64,000 nucleotides of DNA from Vitrella brassicaformis CCMP3155. Taxonomy: Eukaryota > Protista > Chromerida. The translations under genes were made by a program, and so were the position numbers. Under the pieces are notes generated by a model. That model did not search any database, was not told the origin of the DNA, and saw only the letters and a list, made by a program, of their open reading frames with translations. Positions 11,595 through 25,023 of the stretch are shown in pieces. Numbering within the stretch: position 1 is the stretch's first letter; each line of letters begins with the position of its first letter. The DNA lies in the NCBI GenBank assembly GCA_001179505.1, contig CDMY01000098.1, positions 124,001-188,000 on the forward strand, read 5' to 3'.

Positions 11595-13513
11595 GCGTAT
11601 GTGACTTTACTTTGAGGGCGCCGATGTGTCTGAATGAGAAGATGAGATGTCCGTCGGGCGTCCAGTCGATTGAGTTGACGTGGCCGATGTCCCAGAGGCT
11701 CATGCCTTCACGGTACTGCATCTTGGTGTAGTTGAACACACCAGGGATCCGGTCCCACACACGGAACTCGAACAGCTGACCGACAAGGAATGAACGACAC
11801 GGCACACGACACGGTTGTGTGGGTCTACTTCTCTCCCTCTCTATGGGGTTGTTTGCTGTGAATGCATTGGCTGGCCTACCACGTTGCCCTGTGTGTCGAT
11901 CTCCTGCACTACGGGCCCCACCACGGTGACCTCCCCCCTGGTGGGCCCCGACCGCACGACCTTCTGCACCTCCCTGGAGGCAAAATTGACCTTCCTGCGG
12001 TCGTACACCATCACCAAAGCCCTCCCGTCGTCCCGCACTTGCAGCCCGTGGAAGTCCGCAAACCCGCCGTGCTTGGCCGTGTGCACCTTGACCTCCTCGT
12101 ACTCGTGATCGAGCTCCACATAGCCACCACGGCCGGCGGCCCGGTACGTCAGGTGGCCGTTCCTTTGCACCTGACGAGAACAACACGAGAAATGCCGATA
12201 GTTCGGATGTGGGAAGTGCGGGAGTGTGTGAGTCGATCAGTCAAGCCAGCCGAGGATACCTTGAACTCGGCGATGTCTGCTCGGCCGGCGGGGGGCGGCA
12301 TGAAGAAGACGGGCTCGCCATTCTCGTCAAGAATGAGAAAGTACATTCCCGACCCGAAGCCGCTGTTGGCCGCGAAGATGTAGCCGTCGGCGGTCTTGCC
12401 GGGCTGCGTCTTGACTATCTGCTGGATCTCGGGCACGGTGGCGTCCATCGTCTGATACCGCCGTGGGTCCATCACGCGATGCGGGCGGGATGCCTCGGCC
12501 ATGGCCGTGCCGTTCTTGTTGTTCTGCTGCCGCTGCTCTCGCATAATGGCGTCTCTCTCCTTCATGAGCAGCTCGAAGGCCAGCTGGGAGCCGTCCTTGT
12601 GGGCGTGTGGGTCGTCCTCACCACTGCCGTTGCCGTTGCCGCCCTGACGGCTGGCGGACCGCCGGCGGCTAGTGCGGGAGTAGGGGGTGGTGTCCTTGGC
12701 GATGTTGAAGGACCACTCGAAGGCGGGGAGGGTCTCCCTTGCCGCTTCTTTCCCATTCCCACTTCCGCCCGCCTTGATGCCCCCCTCGATGGCCACGGTG
12801 ATTTTCTCACCATACTCGAGCGGGGGGCTCTTCTCCTGCTCCTTGCGGGCCTGAGGGAAGATTTCCACGCCCTCGGTCACAATCTCGTACCCCATGGTGT
12901 GCGCCGGGTGGAAGACGAGCGTGCAATGGTCGTCGCCGAGCTTGAGAGTGCCCTCGTGGCGGCCCGACTGCTCGCCTCTTATGGTCACCTTGCCCTCAGC
13001 CGTTGAAAGGTCCACTGGGCAGGTCTTGGGCTTGATGGCGACGGTCGTCATGTCTGAGACGAAGATGGCGCCGGGCATTGGGTTGAGGTACTGGTAGGGC
13101 CCGTAGAGCTTAGTCATGTCGCGGCCCTCCGCGCGGGCGGCGAGCTCGTCGAAAAAAGACCGCTTCAGCTCCTCCTCGCTCAACTCGGTGTCGTCATCAT
13201 CTTCGATGAGCGGTGCCTGGGTCGCCCCCGCCTCCTCAATGACATCATCCTCGATGAAGAGTGGCGCGTCGGTCACGCCCTCCTCGTCGTCAGCCAAGGG
13301 CGCCTCGGTGGCTGCTGCCGCCCTGCTCTCCTCTTCCTGCCGTCTGATCTGCTGTTTCAGCCTCTCGACTTGCTTGCGCAGGTCGGCGAGTGCCTCCTCG
13401 AGATCGCTGCCGGCTGCGTCAAGGAAGCGAGGTGACGCGGAGAATGCCGTCGACGATGCGCCGAGGCAGCAGCAGCAGCAGAGCAGAGGGACGAGCAAGG
13501 ACAGGCTCCTCAT
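9805..13513 (-). CDS. Secreted aryl sulfotransferase (ASST beta-propeller) with N-terminal Ig-like (SbsA/Big_5-type) domain
   Basis: Signal peptide MRSLSLLVPLLCCCCCLGASSTAFSA; Ig-like segment YQYLNPMPGAIFVS..GEQSGRHEGTLKLGDDHCTLVFHP..YGEKITV; ASST motifs EFKVQRNGHLTY, DFHGL, GHVNSID, SFRH, HQHDVR, MFDNGN, SRAVEY, GNAQKLDNGN, YRSYR, SWNGAT. All junctions are in phase; the N gap is intronic. Confidence 0.9.
11237..11536. other. Assembly gap (300 N) inside an ASST intron
   Basis: Run of N with an adjacent poly-C; the flanking exons join in phase (..GALK|VSRDTG..). Confidence 0.98.
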
Positions 13514-13531
13514 CTTTTTGGAAGGAGCTCT

Positions 13532-13545
13532 CAATTAATTAATTG
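13532..13545. promoter_or_regulatory. AT-rich 14-bp palindrome in a divergent intergenic spacer
   Basis: caattaattaattg is its own reverse complement and lies between the ASST and coiled-coil start codons. Any function is inferred only. Confidence 0.3.
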
Positions 13546-13800
13546 GTAGGCCCATCTCGATGGGCACCCTCTCCTTAATTCAACATCGTCATCGTCTTCT
13601 CATCTCGCGGGCCCTTTCTGTGCCGCTGTACGCTGCAAGCTTTTTCTAACGGCCGACATGGTTGCGGTTGCCAAGGCGCCTGAAAAAAGGCAAATCTGAC
13701 GCATCTGTGCGTCCCTTTCCCGCTCCTTGTTCAAAGGCGCCCGACACACTTCCACGGAGAGCGGTCGCGGCCAGCGAGACGGCCAGTGAAACAATCCGAG

Positions 13801-16800
13801 ATGCAGCCCCCACAGCCCCCAGTCACTCGAGTACGGACGATGCACCCTGTTCGTGCTCCAGCTGGGGAGGGCAGCCGCAGCAGCAGCGGTTCTCGGTCGG
13901 CGCCGCCCCTGCAGCAGCCGAGCCCCTCCCGCTCCCTTCTCCCCCTTGGCTCCAACGTCTCCTCCATCAGTTCAAGCCGCGAAGCCGCCCCTCTCCCTGC
14001 GTCCCGCTCAGACACCCGTGGCTCGCTCCGCCATGCGCCGTCGCATCGCGGCAGCATGGTGGAGATGTCGGTCGGCAGCGGTGGGCTCGAGCGGCTGCAC
14101 TCGAGAGCCGGCACAAGTGGACAGTTGCTGTCGGCTGCGCTTGCGCCGACCTTGCGGAAGCCCAAGGGGCAGACAGTGACCTTTGATGGGCCGAGGGGGG
14201 ATAGGAAGAAGAAGAACAGTCTCGGCCGGTAAGACATCGCACGTAGGCCGGCCTTTTTGCATGACTGGCCGCTCTGTGTATGTGTGTATGTGTGTATGTG
14301 TATGGGTGTGTGGGTGGGCGTGTGGCGTTCAGGAGCCAGACGACCAACTTTGGTGGCAGCGCCGGGAGCAGCGGTGGAGGCGGCCGCACCATCACGCCTC
14401 CCGTCGCCATCTTTGACCCGGGCGACCACCCCGGCTTCTCGCGCCGGTCCACCTTCAACAGGACCGCCCCACCACTGGTCAGTCAGTCAGGGTGTCTCTG
14501 ATGCCATGTGACCGGCCCCAAAATGCATTGATGCTCCCGTTGTCGGTCTTGTGTGTATATCTGTGTGTGTCGGTGCAGATGGTGCGTCACCGTTCGTCTC
14601 TGGGCATTGCGGCCAACCAGCAGCACCAGCAGCAACCATCAAGCCCCTCCGCCCCCCCACAGCTGCGCACCAGCACAGGCCGGCTGCAGCTGGACCCTCA
14701 GCCATCCCCATCCCCATCCCCAGCCTCGCCCACCATCTCTCCCTCACCCCAAGACACCCTCTCGCCCACCGCAGCAACGGCATTCAGGCGAACGATCGAC
14801 ACCCCATCAGGCGAAAGGCGCTTGGTCGTGCCGCCGCTGTCCCCCTCAGACGGCGGGATGTCTGTCGATGAGCTGCGTAAGGGGCCGGCGGCTGAGTTCT
14901 CCAGGACCATCAGCTTCTGGGACGCCATGCAGGGGTCGCATCACCTCTTGGACGAGGAGGCGGACGACGACCATGGAGAGGAAAGGGGTGGTCAGCAAGA
15001 AGAGGAAGAGGTCCAGCAGAAAGCTGGGGATGCCGAATGTGACGAAGCCGCCAACGAGCCAGCGGCGGACACTTCACATTCAGATGGCGAACAAGAGGTA
15101 ATTCCGCACGTCATTCTTTGGGGTTTTCATATGGCCGGAAAGTAATCCTCTGTCATCGATACTCCCTCGCTTAGGTCCATGACGAGCCCCCGCCAGCACT
15201 GGAGGTCCCCGACGGCCGGTCCAAGTCTGTGTCTGTCACCATATGTCCCGATGGCATGATGGGGGGTGGCGATGGTGACGACGGGCGGGCGGACCAGCCG
15301 AGCCCCACTTTCGGGGGCGGTGTTCGGCGGAATCTGTCTCGCATCCTGGCGCGTTCGTCGACGTTTGTGTCAGACGGCAGCAAGCCAAAGGAGGTGCAGA
15401 ACGAGCTCATCCTTGCCGCTTCTATCGGTCGGTAAACCACACACACAAGGAGAGGGACAGCGAGAGAGCTTGACGGCTGGATGTGTGTGGATTGTCTGTC
15501 CATCGATCAGGCACTCAGCTGTTTGCTCAGAATCAGGAGCTGATGACACAGATCCAGAAGCGACAGACAGCATCGGCAGGCGCCACACCCCTGCAGTGAG
15601 CAAACCATGGCCATCCACAACCAGTTAGTTAACACAAGAGACAAACAGAGTGTGTATGCCATGTCAGCCGTGAGGAGTCCGGCTTCATGGTCGAGGGTGT
15701 TGTGGACACCTCCCCCAATGTGCACGACAGCCTCACCTCATCGCCCGCACTCTCCAACACACCCGCCTCGCGAAACAGATCCAGACGAGGATCAGTCATG
15801 TACTGGACGGACAGGCGGAGAAATGAATGCATCTCTTGCGTGGATCGTGCTGTGTTGTGTTGTCTTGTGTTGTGTGTGGCAGCTCTTCGCAGATCCGCCG
15901 CGTGTCTCACAACCAAGCACTGGTACGGTGCGTGAGCGACCTGTGTGTGTGTGCTGTGGATGGATAGAGTCGTGTGTGCAGGCGATGGAGGAGCTTCACG
16001 ACGAAGTAGACCGTCTCACCAAACAGTGAGCAAATGCACAAGGGGGACCTGCTGGCAGCAATGATGGCATCCACTTCACCCCTTCCTCCCCTGTGTGTGT
16101 CTGTGCCCACGCACAGGCTGCAGGTGACAGAGGCAGAGCTCTTCAAGCTGCGGCGCGGGACGCACGCCGACGTCAAACACTACCAAGACCAAATCGAAGA
16201 CAAAGAGCGCGTGAGTTAGCCAGTGGGTCGGTCGATGAGTGCATCCATCTGTGTGTCTGTGTGTGGAGTGCAGGAGATCAACGCGCTTCGCCAAGAGGTG
16301 ACTGACCTGCGGTCGAAGGAACACCACCACAGACGGACCACCGAGAAGCTTCGCAAGTAAGTGAGCACGTTTAAGGTTGGGCGTGTCTATCATGCGTTCG
16401 ACGTGTCTTTGTGCAGAGAGCTCAACGAGCTGTCGACTTCTGGCAAGGTGAGTGAATGGGCAAAGAGTAGGGGAGAATGGTGGACTGGACGATGTTTCAC
16501 TCTCTCTGTGTGTGTGCATGCTATGCCTTGGTGTCTGTCTGCAGCACTTGTCGAATGAGCCAGAGATCACTGACGAGTGGTACAGCACATGCACGTGCTG
16601 ACCTAGCATGGACGGGGGGATGGGTGTGCGGATATGGACTGCAGGGCCAAGGAGCGTGCCGAGGAGATCGCCAAACTTAAGAAGGGATTCAGAGAACGAG
16701 AAACAACACTTCTCGGTGGGTCAGTGAGTTAGTGAGCATCCTTATCATTGACTGATTGACTGATGTCTGTCTCCACCGGAAATGGTTGGATGGCATGGAT

Positions 16801-17335
16801 ATATGCAGAGGCTCTCGACGCATCGAACAAGAAGGGCGAGGCACTGGAGGAGGAAACCAACAAACTGCAGGCCGAAATTGCCACCGTAGGCACAACACCA
16901 ACACCAACAGCACAGCACACCACAGCACACCACCGTCACAGACACACACCATGCTGTCAACGCCATTGTGCAGCTCAAGAGCATGATGTCGGACTATGAC
17001 GCCACATCAGCCAAGGTAAGAAACAAGAAGACACACGCAAACACATGTTCTCTACTCCCTCCATATATTCTCTGCCTGCTTGTGCTTGCTTGTGTCAGTT
17101 ACGCGAGGAGTTGGATGAGCTTCAGTCGACGATAGAGGGCGGCAACATGCGGGCGGCCGCCGCAAGACGCGGACGCAGAATGACTCTGCAAGACGAGCTC
17201 AGAGAGGTCAGTCGGCCTACACAGACCTTACAATCTCAGCATTCCTTTCTCTGCACACGTGGCAGGCTGTGTTTGATATCGGGGCACAGCAGAAGGATGA
17301 CGGCAAAAGCGGCGGTAGGGAAAGACTGACAGCCT

Positions 17336-17369
<34 letters not shown>

Positions 17370-20244
17370 TGGCCAACTTGACGCCTGAGAAGTGCATCTG
17401 TCGACGATGACATTCACCCACTGTCAGGTGTCGGACCAGCCGCAGCTTCGCGAACACTCCCTCCGCGGCTCCCCCTACCCCAGCTCCTCTCAGAAACGGT
17501 GTGTGTCTTTCGTGTGTAGCCATCCACACACGACCAGACAGACATCCGTGTGTGTGGGTGTCTGTCTGTCAGATCCCCGAGGACGATGTGGCCGAGTTCA
17601 ACTCGCAGACCTCGGGCAGCTCGTCGCAGATGAGCAGCTCGTTCGAGGAGTCGCAGGTGTCCAGCCCGCTCGCTGCCTCGGGCAAAGACGTCGCCCCACC
17701 CCCACCCCCACCACCTCCACCCGACACTGAGGTCGGGTCAAAGATACACGGACTCAAGGCCCTCGCCGATCGATTGAGGAAGCCTGTAAGACAGAGAGAA
17801 AGACAGAGAGAGAGAGGATAGATCAACGGGCGACTTTCGTGATTGCAGAAGGTGTGGGACATCTTGCCAGACAAGAAGGCTGCTGGTGTGCAGTCGGAGG
17901 GCGACTTCCGCCGGCAGGAGTCCCTCGACGAGGCCCAAAGCAGGTGGAGGAAGGAGGCAGAAGGCCTCAACGCACAAATGCACATCCTTGAGGACAAGGT
18001 GGGTGCGATCGAAGGCAAACATGTGATCGGCTCCGGCGCAAATGTGATTGATCCATCGCTGTCCTAAATGCAGCTTCGCGATTGTGGTGTGGGCAACGAG
18101 GAGGCTCTGAAGGCTCTCGAGAAAGATGTCACCAAGCTGGAGGAGCTCGTCCATCAGAAAGAACAACAATTAGTGCGCTCTCCCCTACCGTCAACAAACA
18201 GCACACTGCACGGACGGCAAGTCCGAAGACTCTGTACTTTCGTGTGTGTGGTGACGCAGACGGAGGCTGAGAGCACCCTCGAGGCCACAGCTGCGAGACT
18301 GGCTGAGCTGCAGGCTGCATTCGAGAATACTCAGCAAGACCTTGCGAAGGAGATACAGGCCAGGGTACACAGGAAACCGCCCTCTCGAGGGCAGCAGAAG
18401 GAGATTCATGTCTCTCACCCTCCTCTTTTCAGGCCGACGAGGGGGCCCGCCGGCAGGGCACAGAGGAGCTGAACGAGCGGCTGAAATCCGAGCTGAGAGA
18501 CCTCCACGCCGCCCAGATACAAGCAGAGGCCGACAAGCGGGAACTGATGGCCAAGCTCGATGCTGCAAAGGCCGATATCGAGAGGGAGAAGGAGAAACCG
18601 AAAGAAAGAGAGAAAGAGTACGTCGAGGTGCCGGTGCATGTGCCCGTGCCCCTTGCTGCGAGGGTCAAGAAGCACAGAGATGATCGAGACGATCAGGAGA
18701 AGGAGAAGGAAAAGGAGAGGGAGCCGTGTCCCGACTACGACGCAGTCAAAAAGGAACTGGCGGGCATCAAAGAGGCGGGTAGCGAGCTGACGGAGAAACT
18801 CAAATCCATCAAGGAAAAGGTAGGCCTCGATCAGTGCCATCATCCCATCAGCATAGTCATACTGTACTGTCATTCTTGTGGCAGCGTGAGCAGCAGAGTA
18901 GTCAGGAGGGGGCATCGGCAGCAGACCTCGCACGTGGACTCACAAACATCGCCCGCAAGATACAGGTGCCTCCCTCTGGCAAGCAGGGGGAAGACACGGA
19001 GACCGTCTGCATGAGTGTCCCTGCTGTGTTCTCCTGCAGTCGGAGTGTCGCGAGCTGCGTCAAGAGGTCGAAGAGGCAAAGAAAAGCGTAAGGTTAAAAG
19101 AACAGCAGAGGCTCATCATGTCTCCTCGTTTGTCGTCCACATGCAGCACAAGGAGGAGTCTGCCTTCCGCAGCAGCCTACCCATCGCAGCAGGACCAGAC
19201 GAGGCAGACACTATCAACCAAAGGGTCCTCATCCGGCCCCCCCTGACCTCCAACATCCGCATTGGCCCGCGCTCCGTCAAGCCCCTCACACTCCACCCGC
19301 CCCCACTCGTGAAGGCAGTGCGGCAGACCTCGTCGCCCCCATTCTCCCCTCCCATGCGCCCCTGCCTCATTCCCCACCCGCTGCTGTCTCCCCGCCCATC
19401 GCCTCCACCACTGATCGTCAGGTCGCCGCTTGGCAGATTCGGTCCATTGTTGCCTCCGCCCGGTCTGGGGCTGCGGCGGTGCTTCAGTGACCGACGGCTG
19501 GACTCCTATCGGCTGCTGTCCCCATCGCCATTGCCATCGCCGTCGCCATTGCCATCGCCATTGCCGCCCCGCTTTATGCCATCTCCCCTCCAGCAGAGAG
19601 CCATGAGTGGATCGCGGTCGACTCCCCATCTCGCTGCCGCTGTGCCTCGCGCCAAGCCGCCCCTGCCGAAGCGAGAGGCTGACATGATCGCTGAGGAGAG
19701 ACGTCGGTGTCAGAGTGTGGGGGCGTCATGGTGCTGTGACGGCAACGACAAGGGCAAGGGCAGGAGAAAGAAGGCAATGTCTCCCTCTCCCTCTGCTGCC
19801 AAGCTTCCGCCGCTGCACGTGGAGGCGCGCTCTGACGTGTCGAGCTTGCCTACTCCACCGGGGTCGTCTCGGTCGCCCCACCGCCGGTCATCGCCCTGCT
19901 CTGTCTCTGCGCGGCCACGTCTCAGACTATTCGGCAACCATGGAGCGACGCTGCGGTCGAGGGCGTCCATTTCCCCCGCTGCTGCTGTGATGCCAAGAAG
20001 AACACCTGCACCACAGATGCCGCCCATCATGCGCTCGCCATCATCAGACCAGCGGCTCCCAGGCGATCATCGCATTGCTCATCATCATCCCATAATGTCA
20101 GAGAGGATCAGCCGCTGCGTCACTCAGCCAGCAGGTACGCAGACAACGCCAACTGTGGGTTCATCTGTTCTGGGTCCCATGTGTCCACAGGTAATGTCAG
20201 TCGTCCCCCTTGGCTGTTCCTTCCCCCAAACCGACGTGACGTAA
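13801..20244 (+). CDS. Large coiled-coil protein with disordered Pro/Ser-rich termini
   Basis: Many short exons with E/K/L/Q heptad-like content (EELHDEVDRLTKQ, EINALRQEVTDLRSK, LREELDELQSTIE, LAELQAAFENTQQDL) and a long Pro-rich last exon ending at 20244. Not every internal junction was verified. Confidence 0.7.
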
Positions 20245-21563
20245 TCGTGCCAGTGAGGCCGCCCTTCGGCGGCACATACTGTCTCCCCCCAAACCAGCCA
20301 GCCCCGGACCAATTCGGCAAAACAGTGAGTGGAGTGAAGTAGCACTGTACATAAAGTTTGTTGGACGGACTTATACAGTAGAATAGCGGCCATTTTGTAG
20401 ACAGCCAGACAGACAGCCAGACAGACACACAGAGGCGTAGGCAACGTAGATCGACATTAGATAGAGACGCTTCCTGGTAGCGACACACGACTGACTGTGC
20501 TCTGCGTGGATGTCTCCCTGAACACTGAACAAAGAGACGCATGGCACTCTGCATTGAATCAGTCAGATGTCAAAAGCCGACCTTTAGCATGTCATTCCAA
20601 CTACAAATGGCCGCCTAGACGTGTCTCCGGCTGCAGCGTCGGAGCGAGGGAGAATGGGCTGTTGGCGAGTGCTGTCCACAGGCCGATGTATCGCGGGACA
20701 TCCGCAAAGAGATGCAGCCTGACACACACACATACGCACGCACACACGCACGTGTCGTAAGGCGATGGGCGATGCGATATGGGCTTCTGTGGACTTGAGA
20801 GGGATGGATGGGGGGGAAGGCATCTTGATGAACTGTCATTGCCTTGTCCTCTTGTCGACAATCATTTACGAACGGTTCACGCATGTCTCTCCCGACATCT
20901 CCCGACAGACAAGGACATATATACTTTTAAGAGCAAATGTCCATCCGCCCAGCACTTCGTCACGCACATGTTGCCGGTTGGCCATCATAAAACGGACGGC
21001 GCTTTCTCAGCCACAGACAGACCCACAAGCATTCGATCGCGCCTGGCACACCGATGGGCACACACACACAGACCGACCGACCGACCGACCGACCGACAGA
21101 CAGACAGACAATGCACACACTATGCGCGGATGCATACGCCCCCCCTACACACATAAAAGACCGACACACTTGGATTCACACGCACTTGTGCGTCAGTCAC
21201 GTCACGCACTCACAACTTTCACACGACAGACAGACAGGCGGATGTTTGTCGACACAAAGAGCCTTCTCCCCTGCCCCTACTGCTCCCCCCCCACACATAC
21301 ACTCACATACAGACACATACACACCAGCATACAGCACCTCCTGTCTCAGGATTTGTTGGGCGAGGCGAAATTGGCCTCGGAAAAATCACCACACCGGCGA
21401 CAGCAATCAAACAGGCAGACCCCTACACGCACGTAACCACCACTGCCTCAATAAAGACCATGCCACATCATCGCACCCATAAGCAAATGGACAGACAGAC
21501 AGACAGACAGAGCGAGAGGGAAGAGCGAGAGGGCAGGAGCCAAGTCAGTCTGTCAATGGGCTA

Positions 21564-22672
21564 TCAGTTCGCTGTCAGCGTCATGCCGAAAGCGGGCTCA
21601 TAGTGGGTGGGCAGGGGGACCTCTTGGATGAAGCGTCCATCGGCGGGCGAGTAGAGGCATTTGGCGCGGCTGTAGCTGATGATGGCGAAGCTCAGCTGGA
21701 ACTTGGTCTTCCCCAGGCTGTCAAATAGCGTGTGCCATTCCCCCTGAAAAGCCCATCACACACAGAGGCAGTGTATCCAGCATGAAATGCATATGCATAT
21801 GCGCAGACGCACCGGATTGTTGACGAGCCATTCCAGGAGGCGGTCTGTGATCTGTTTGAGGATCTCGTTACCGTACTTCATCATGCCTTTGTAGATGGTC
21901 ATGACTTGGTTGTAGAGCTCGTTCTTCACATACGCCAAGGTGAAAGTGCTACCGCCTCCCATGAAGTCCGCCGCAACCACAGTGGCCACCATATTGTAGT
22001 CACCATCATGTATCATGTTGCCTACACACACACACAGCGAACACATGCACAGACGCACACACGCACTCACATACACACACACACGGAGCGATGGCCTATA
22101 TCTGTGCAATGCGTCCATCGTTTTTTCGCTCACTCACCCCAGAAGACTGCGCCACACGGGAGTTCGAAAGGGTTGTCTGCCGCCCCCGTAACGCACTTCG
22201 TCCCCTTTGTGACCTGGTACTCCACGTCTGCCCGTTTCGCCCCCACGTCGACGCCGCAGTGCTCACAGTAGTCGCCCGCCGCGCGGCAGGCCGCCTCGAA
22301 CTGAGCAATGCCTGTGACGCCATTCGTCGAGAGCTCCACGGCGGCGTCCAGGGCCTCCCGAGGGTTCGAGGGAATGCTTGACGTTGCGTCCTCCACTTGT
22401 TCCCTTGCATTCCCCACTTGTCGCCCCGCATTCTCCACTTGTCGCCCCACATTCCCCGTTTCTCGCTCCACATCGTCCAACGTGGGGAGTCCGAGGTCAA
22501 ACCGCAGTTGGCGGCGGTCCTCGCCCTCTGACGAAACCTGATGGATGAACACGCAGCAAAGGCATGCATAGAGATGGATGCCCATGCAGGCACGGCACAA
22601 TCAATTGCTTACCGACGGCACAGCGCAGGCCACGAGACCAAGGGTCAACATGATCAGCTTAGACATGATCAT
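21564..22672 (-). CDS. Secreted hypothetical protein (4 exons)
   Basis: Signal peptide MIMSKLIMLTLGLVACAVPS|VSS; 7-aa repeats (GNVGRQV/ENAGRQV/GNAREQV); Cys-containing globular region (YCEHCGVD..LPCGAVFW|GNMI..WLVNNP|GEWH..PTHYEPAFGMTLTAN*); junction phases consistent. Confidence 0.8.
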
Positions 22673-22932
22673 GATGGATGGCCGGTGTGTGTACTACCGA
22701 TAGTACCGAAACCGGGTGTACACACAAAGATGCAAAAGATGGATGCAGGGCGGGAGGAGGAACTTCAAGGCCTTGATGGAGACGGGGAAGGCGAAAGTAG
22801 GCGGTGTCATGACGGCTGCCTCTCTCTCTCGAGGATCATTTTGCAGCTCGCAAAGGAGGTGCGGGGAAGACACACGTGTGGACAAGAGCTGCGATCTGAC
22901 GAGCAAGATGCCAAGAAGTGGATTTCCATTTT

Positions 22933-22967
22933 GGCGAGAATTTGAGACGGCGAGAATTTGAGACGGC
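22933..22967. repeat. 16-bp tandem duplication in a divergent intergenic region
   Basis: ggcgagaatttgagac x2 + ggc. Confidence 0.9.
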
Positions 22968-23184
22968 ACGGCAACTGCGCTTCTTTTCGCTTTTCCTCCG
23001 CTTGTGCAGGACCAGGCTGACAACTCGGCGGTCGCAAAACAGGCGGTTTAAGAGTAAAGGTCGCCCTTCGCCATGCAGAGGTCCAGGGGCAAAGGGCACA
23101 AGAGTCGGCCGCCTCGGGCCGAGAGGTCTAATACCGAATGCAATCACAGCAGCGTAATCCCAGCATTCTCTGACGTCCTCCCAT

Positions 23185-24990
23185 ATGGCGGTGAGGCACC
23201 AGACAAGGCACCAGATGTCAATCTCACTGTCGAAGCAACAGATTTTGACAACAGGGTGGGCAGAAACGAAGAAATAGATGGATGGATGGATGGATTTGTG
23301 GATGGTGCGTCCCTGTGTGATGATATCTCCCTCAGAGCTATCAGATGCAGGTGCAAGGGACACTCACTCACTTTGCCACGCATGATGCAAACAAGGTTGG
23401 TCGGTCGCTGTCTTGCCCTGGTCTGACAGAGTCGAGGCCCTTTGCACACTTATAGGCGACGCACAGACAGAGGAGCACGCCGATAGTGTCACACACATAT
23501 ATGTGTGTGGTCCTAAGCAGGTTGAGCGCTGCTGTTCCTCGGCGGCCGGCACCTGCAGAGGGCCATGGAGCTGTCCCAACAGACATGGGCGCCGAGCGTG
23601 TGTATGAGAATGGACTTGAGGGTGAGGGTGAGGGCATGTCCGGTGACGAGGAGGGCTATCGCACCCACCAGCAGCATCTGGTTCAATCACGCACGCAACA
23701 CGACACGCGATCGATATGTGGGCAATTGTGTGTGTGTGTGTGTGTGTGTGTGTAGAATGTGGGTGACGCCACTGACATGCAGGAGGGCACGCCACGCCTC
23801 GTCCAGCCACGGCAGGAGCAGTACATCAAGAAGGAGAACGGCGCAGCTGTCAAGCACACCGAGGCGCACGTACAGCAAGTACTGCAGCACAACCGCCATC
23901 GATGGACGACTTTGACCCAGCGACAAACGATGCAAATTGCCTTGCGGTGGACATGTACATTCGTCAAAGGGAGCTTGAAATGGCGCCGAAGGCACTCCTC
24001 GTCCTGCTGTCGTCCATGCGCGTGGGTCCCCCCCCCCCCCCCCCCCCCCCCCCCNNNNNNNNNNNNNNNNNNNNNNNNNNNNNNNNNNNNNNNNNNNNNN
24101 NNNNNNNNNNNNNNNNNNNNNNNNNNNNNNNNNNNNNNNNNNNNNNNNNNNNNNNNNNNNNNNNNNNNNNNNNNNNNNNNNNNNNNNNNNNNNNNNNNNN
24201 NNNNNNNNNNNNNNNNNNNNNNNNNNNNNNNNNNNNNNNNNNNNNNNNNNNNNNNNNNNNNNNNNNNNNNNNNNNNNNNNNNNNNNNNNNNNNNNNNNNN
24301 NNNNNNNNNNNNNNNNNNNNNNNNNNNNNNNNNNNNNNNNNNNNNNNNNNNNNNGGCCCCCCCCCCCCCCCGGCCGCATCGTGCGGCTCCCCCGACAACT
24401 CTGGAATATGACGATACGCATACTGCCTTGGAGGGCGCGCCTCTGCGATCTTCGCAGGTTCTTGGGATTATGGTGGGAGTGGGCGTGCACCCAGGACTAC
24501 ATCGGGCAAGACATACGAGTTCTGGAGGTTGCGACGTGCAGCGTGATCGGCGTCCCCAGGTGCGCAAAAGGGGCATCCCAACGTCCCCACCAAAGCGTGT
24601 GTGTGGTCTCTGTCTGTCTGCCCTTCAGTGAGGACGAGATGGATGAACCCCTGCTGTCGGCAGAACAGTAGATTCTACTCACAAGCTCCAATTTCCAGAT
24701 GCTTCTTTCCTCTGCTTTTTCTTCTCTTCTTCGCAGCCACAGCGACTTTGTTCTGCTTCTTGGCTGTTCTTCCTTGTCGAGTGTGACGCCCACGGCCCCG
24801 TCAGCCGCAGCAAAAGCCGCAGGCCGGCAGCCACCGACGGGACGATGAAGGAGCTCACGAGCTTCATAGGCAAGTGAGTAGCCGCACAGACAAGTTGAGT
24901 GAGACAGGCGTTGGACGCGCACATTTGATCCTCACACACACACACACACACACATTCAAATTGCCGCATTGGTCGGTCTCATCGCTGTCC

Positions 24991-25023
<33 letters not shown>

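Noticed and set aside
10890-12186. Long ORFs containing X runs (also at 23683-24631 and 46416-47359)
   Set aside because: Artefacts of translating through N gaps.
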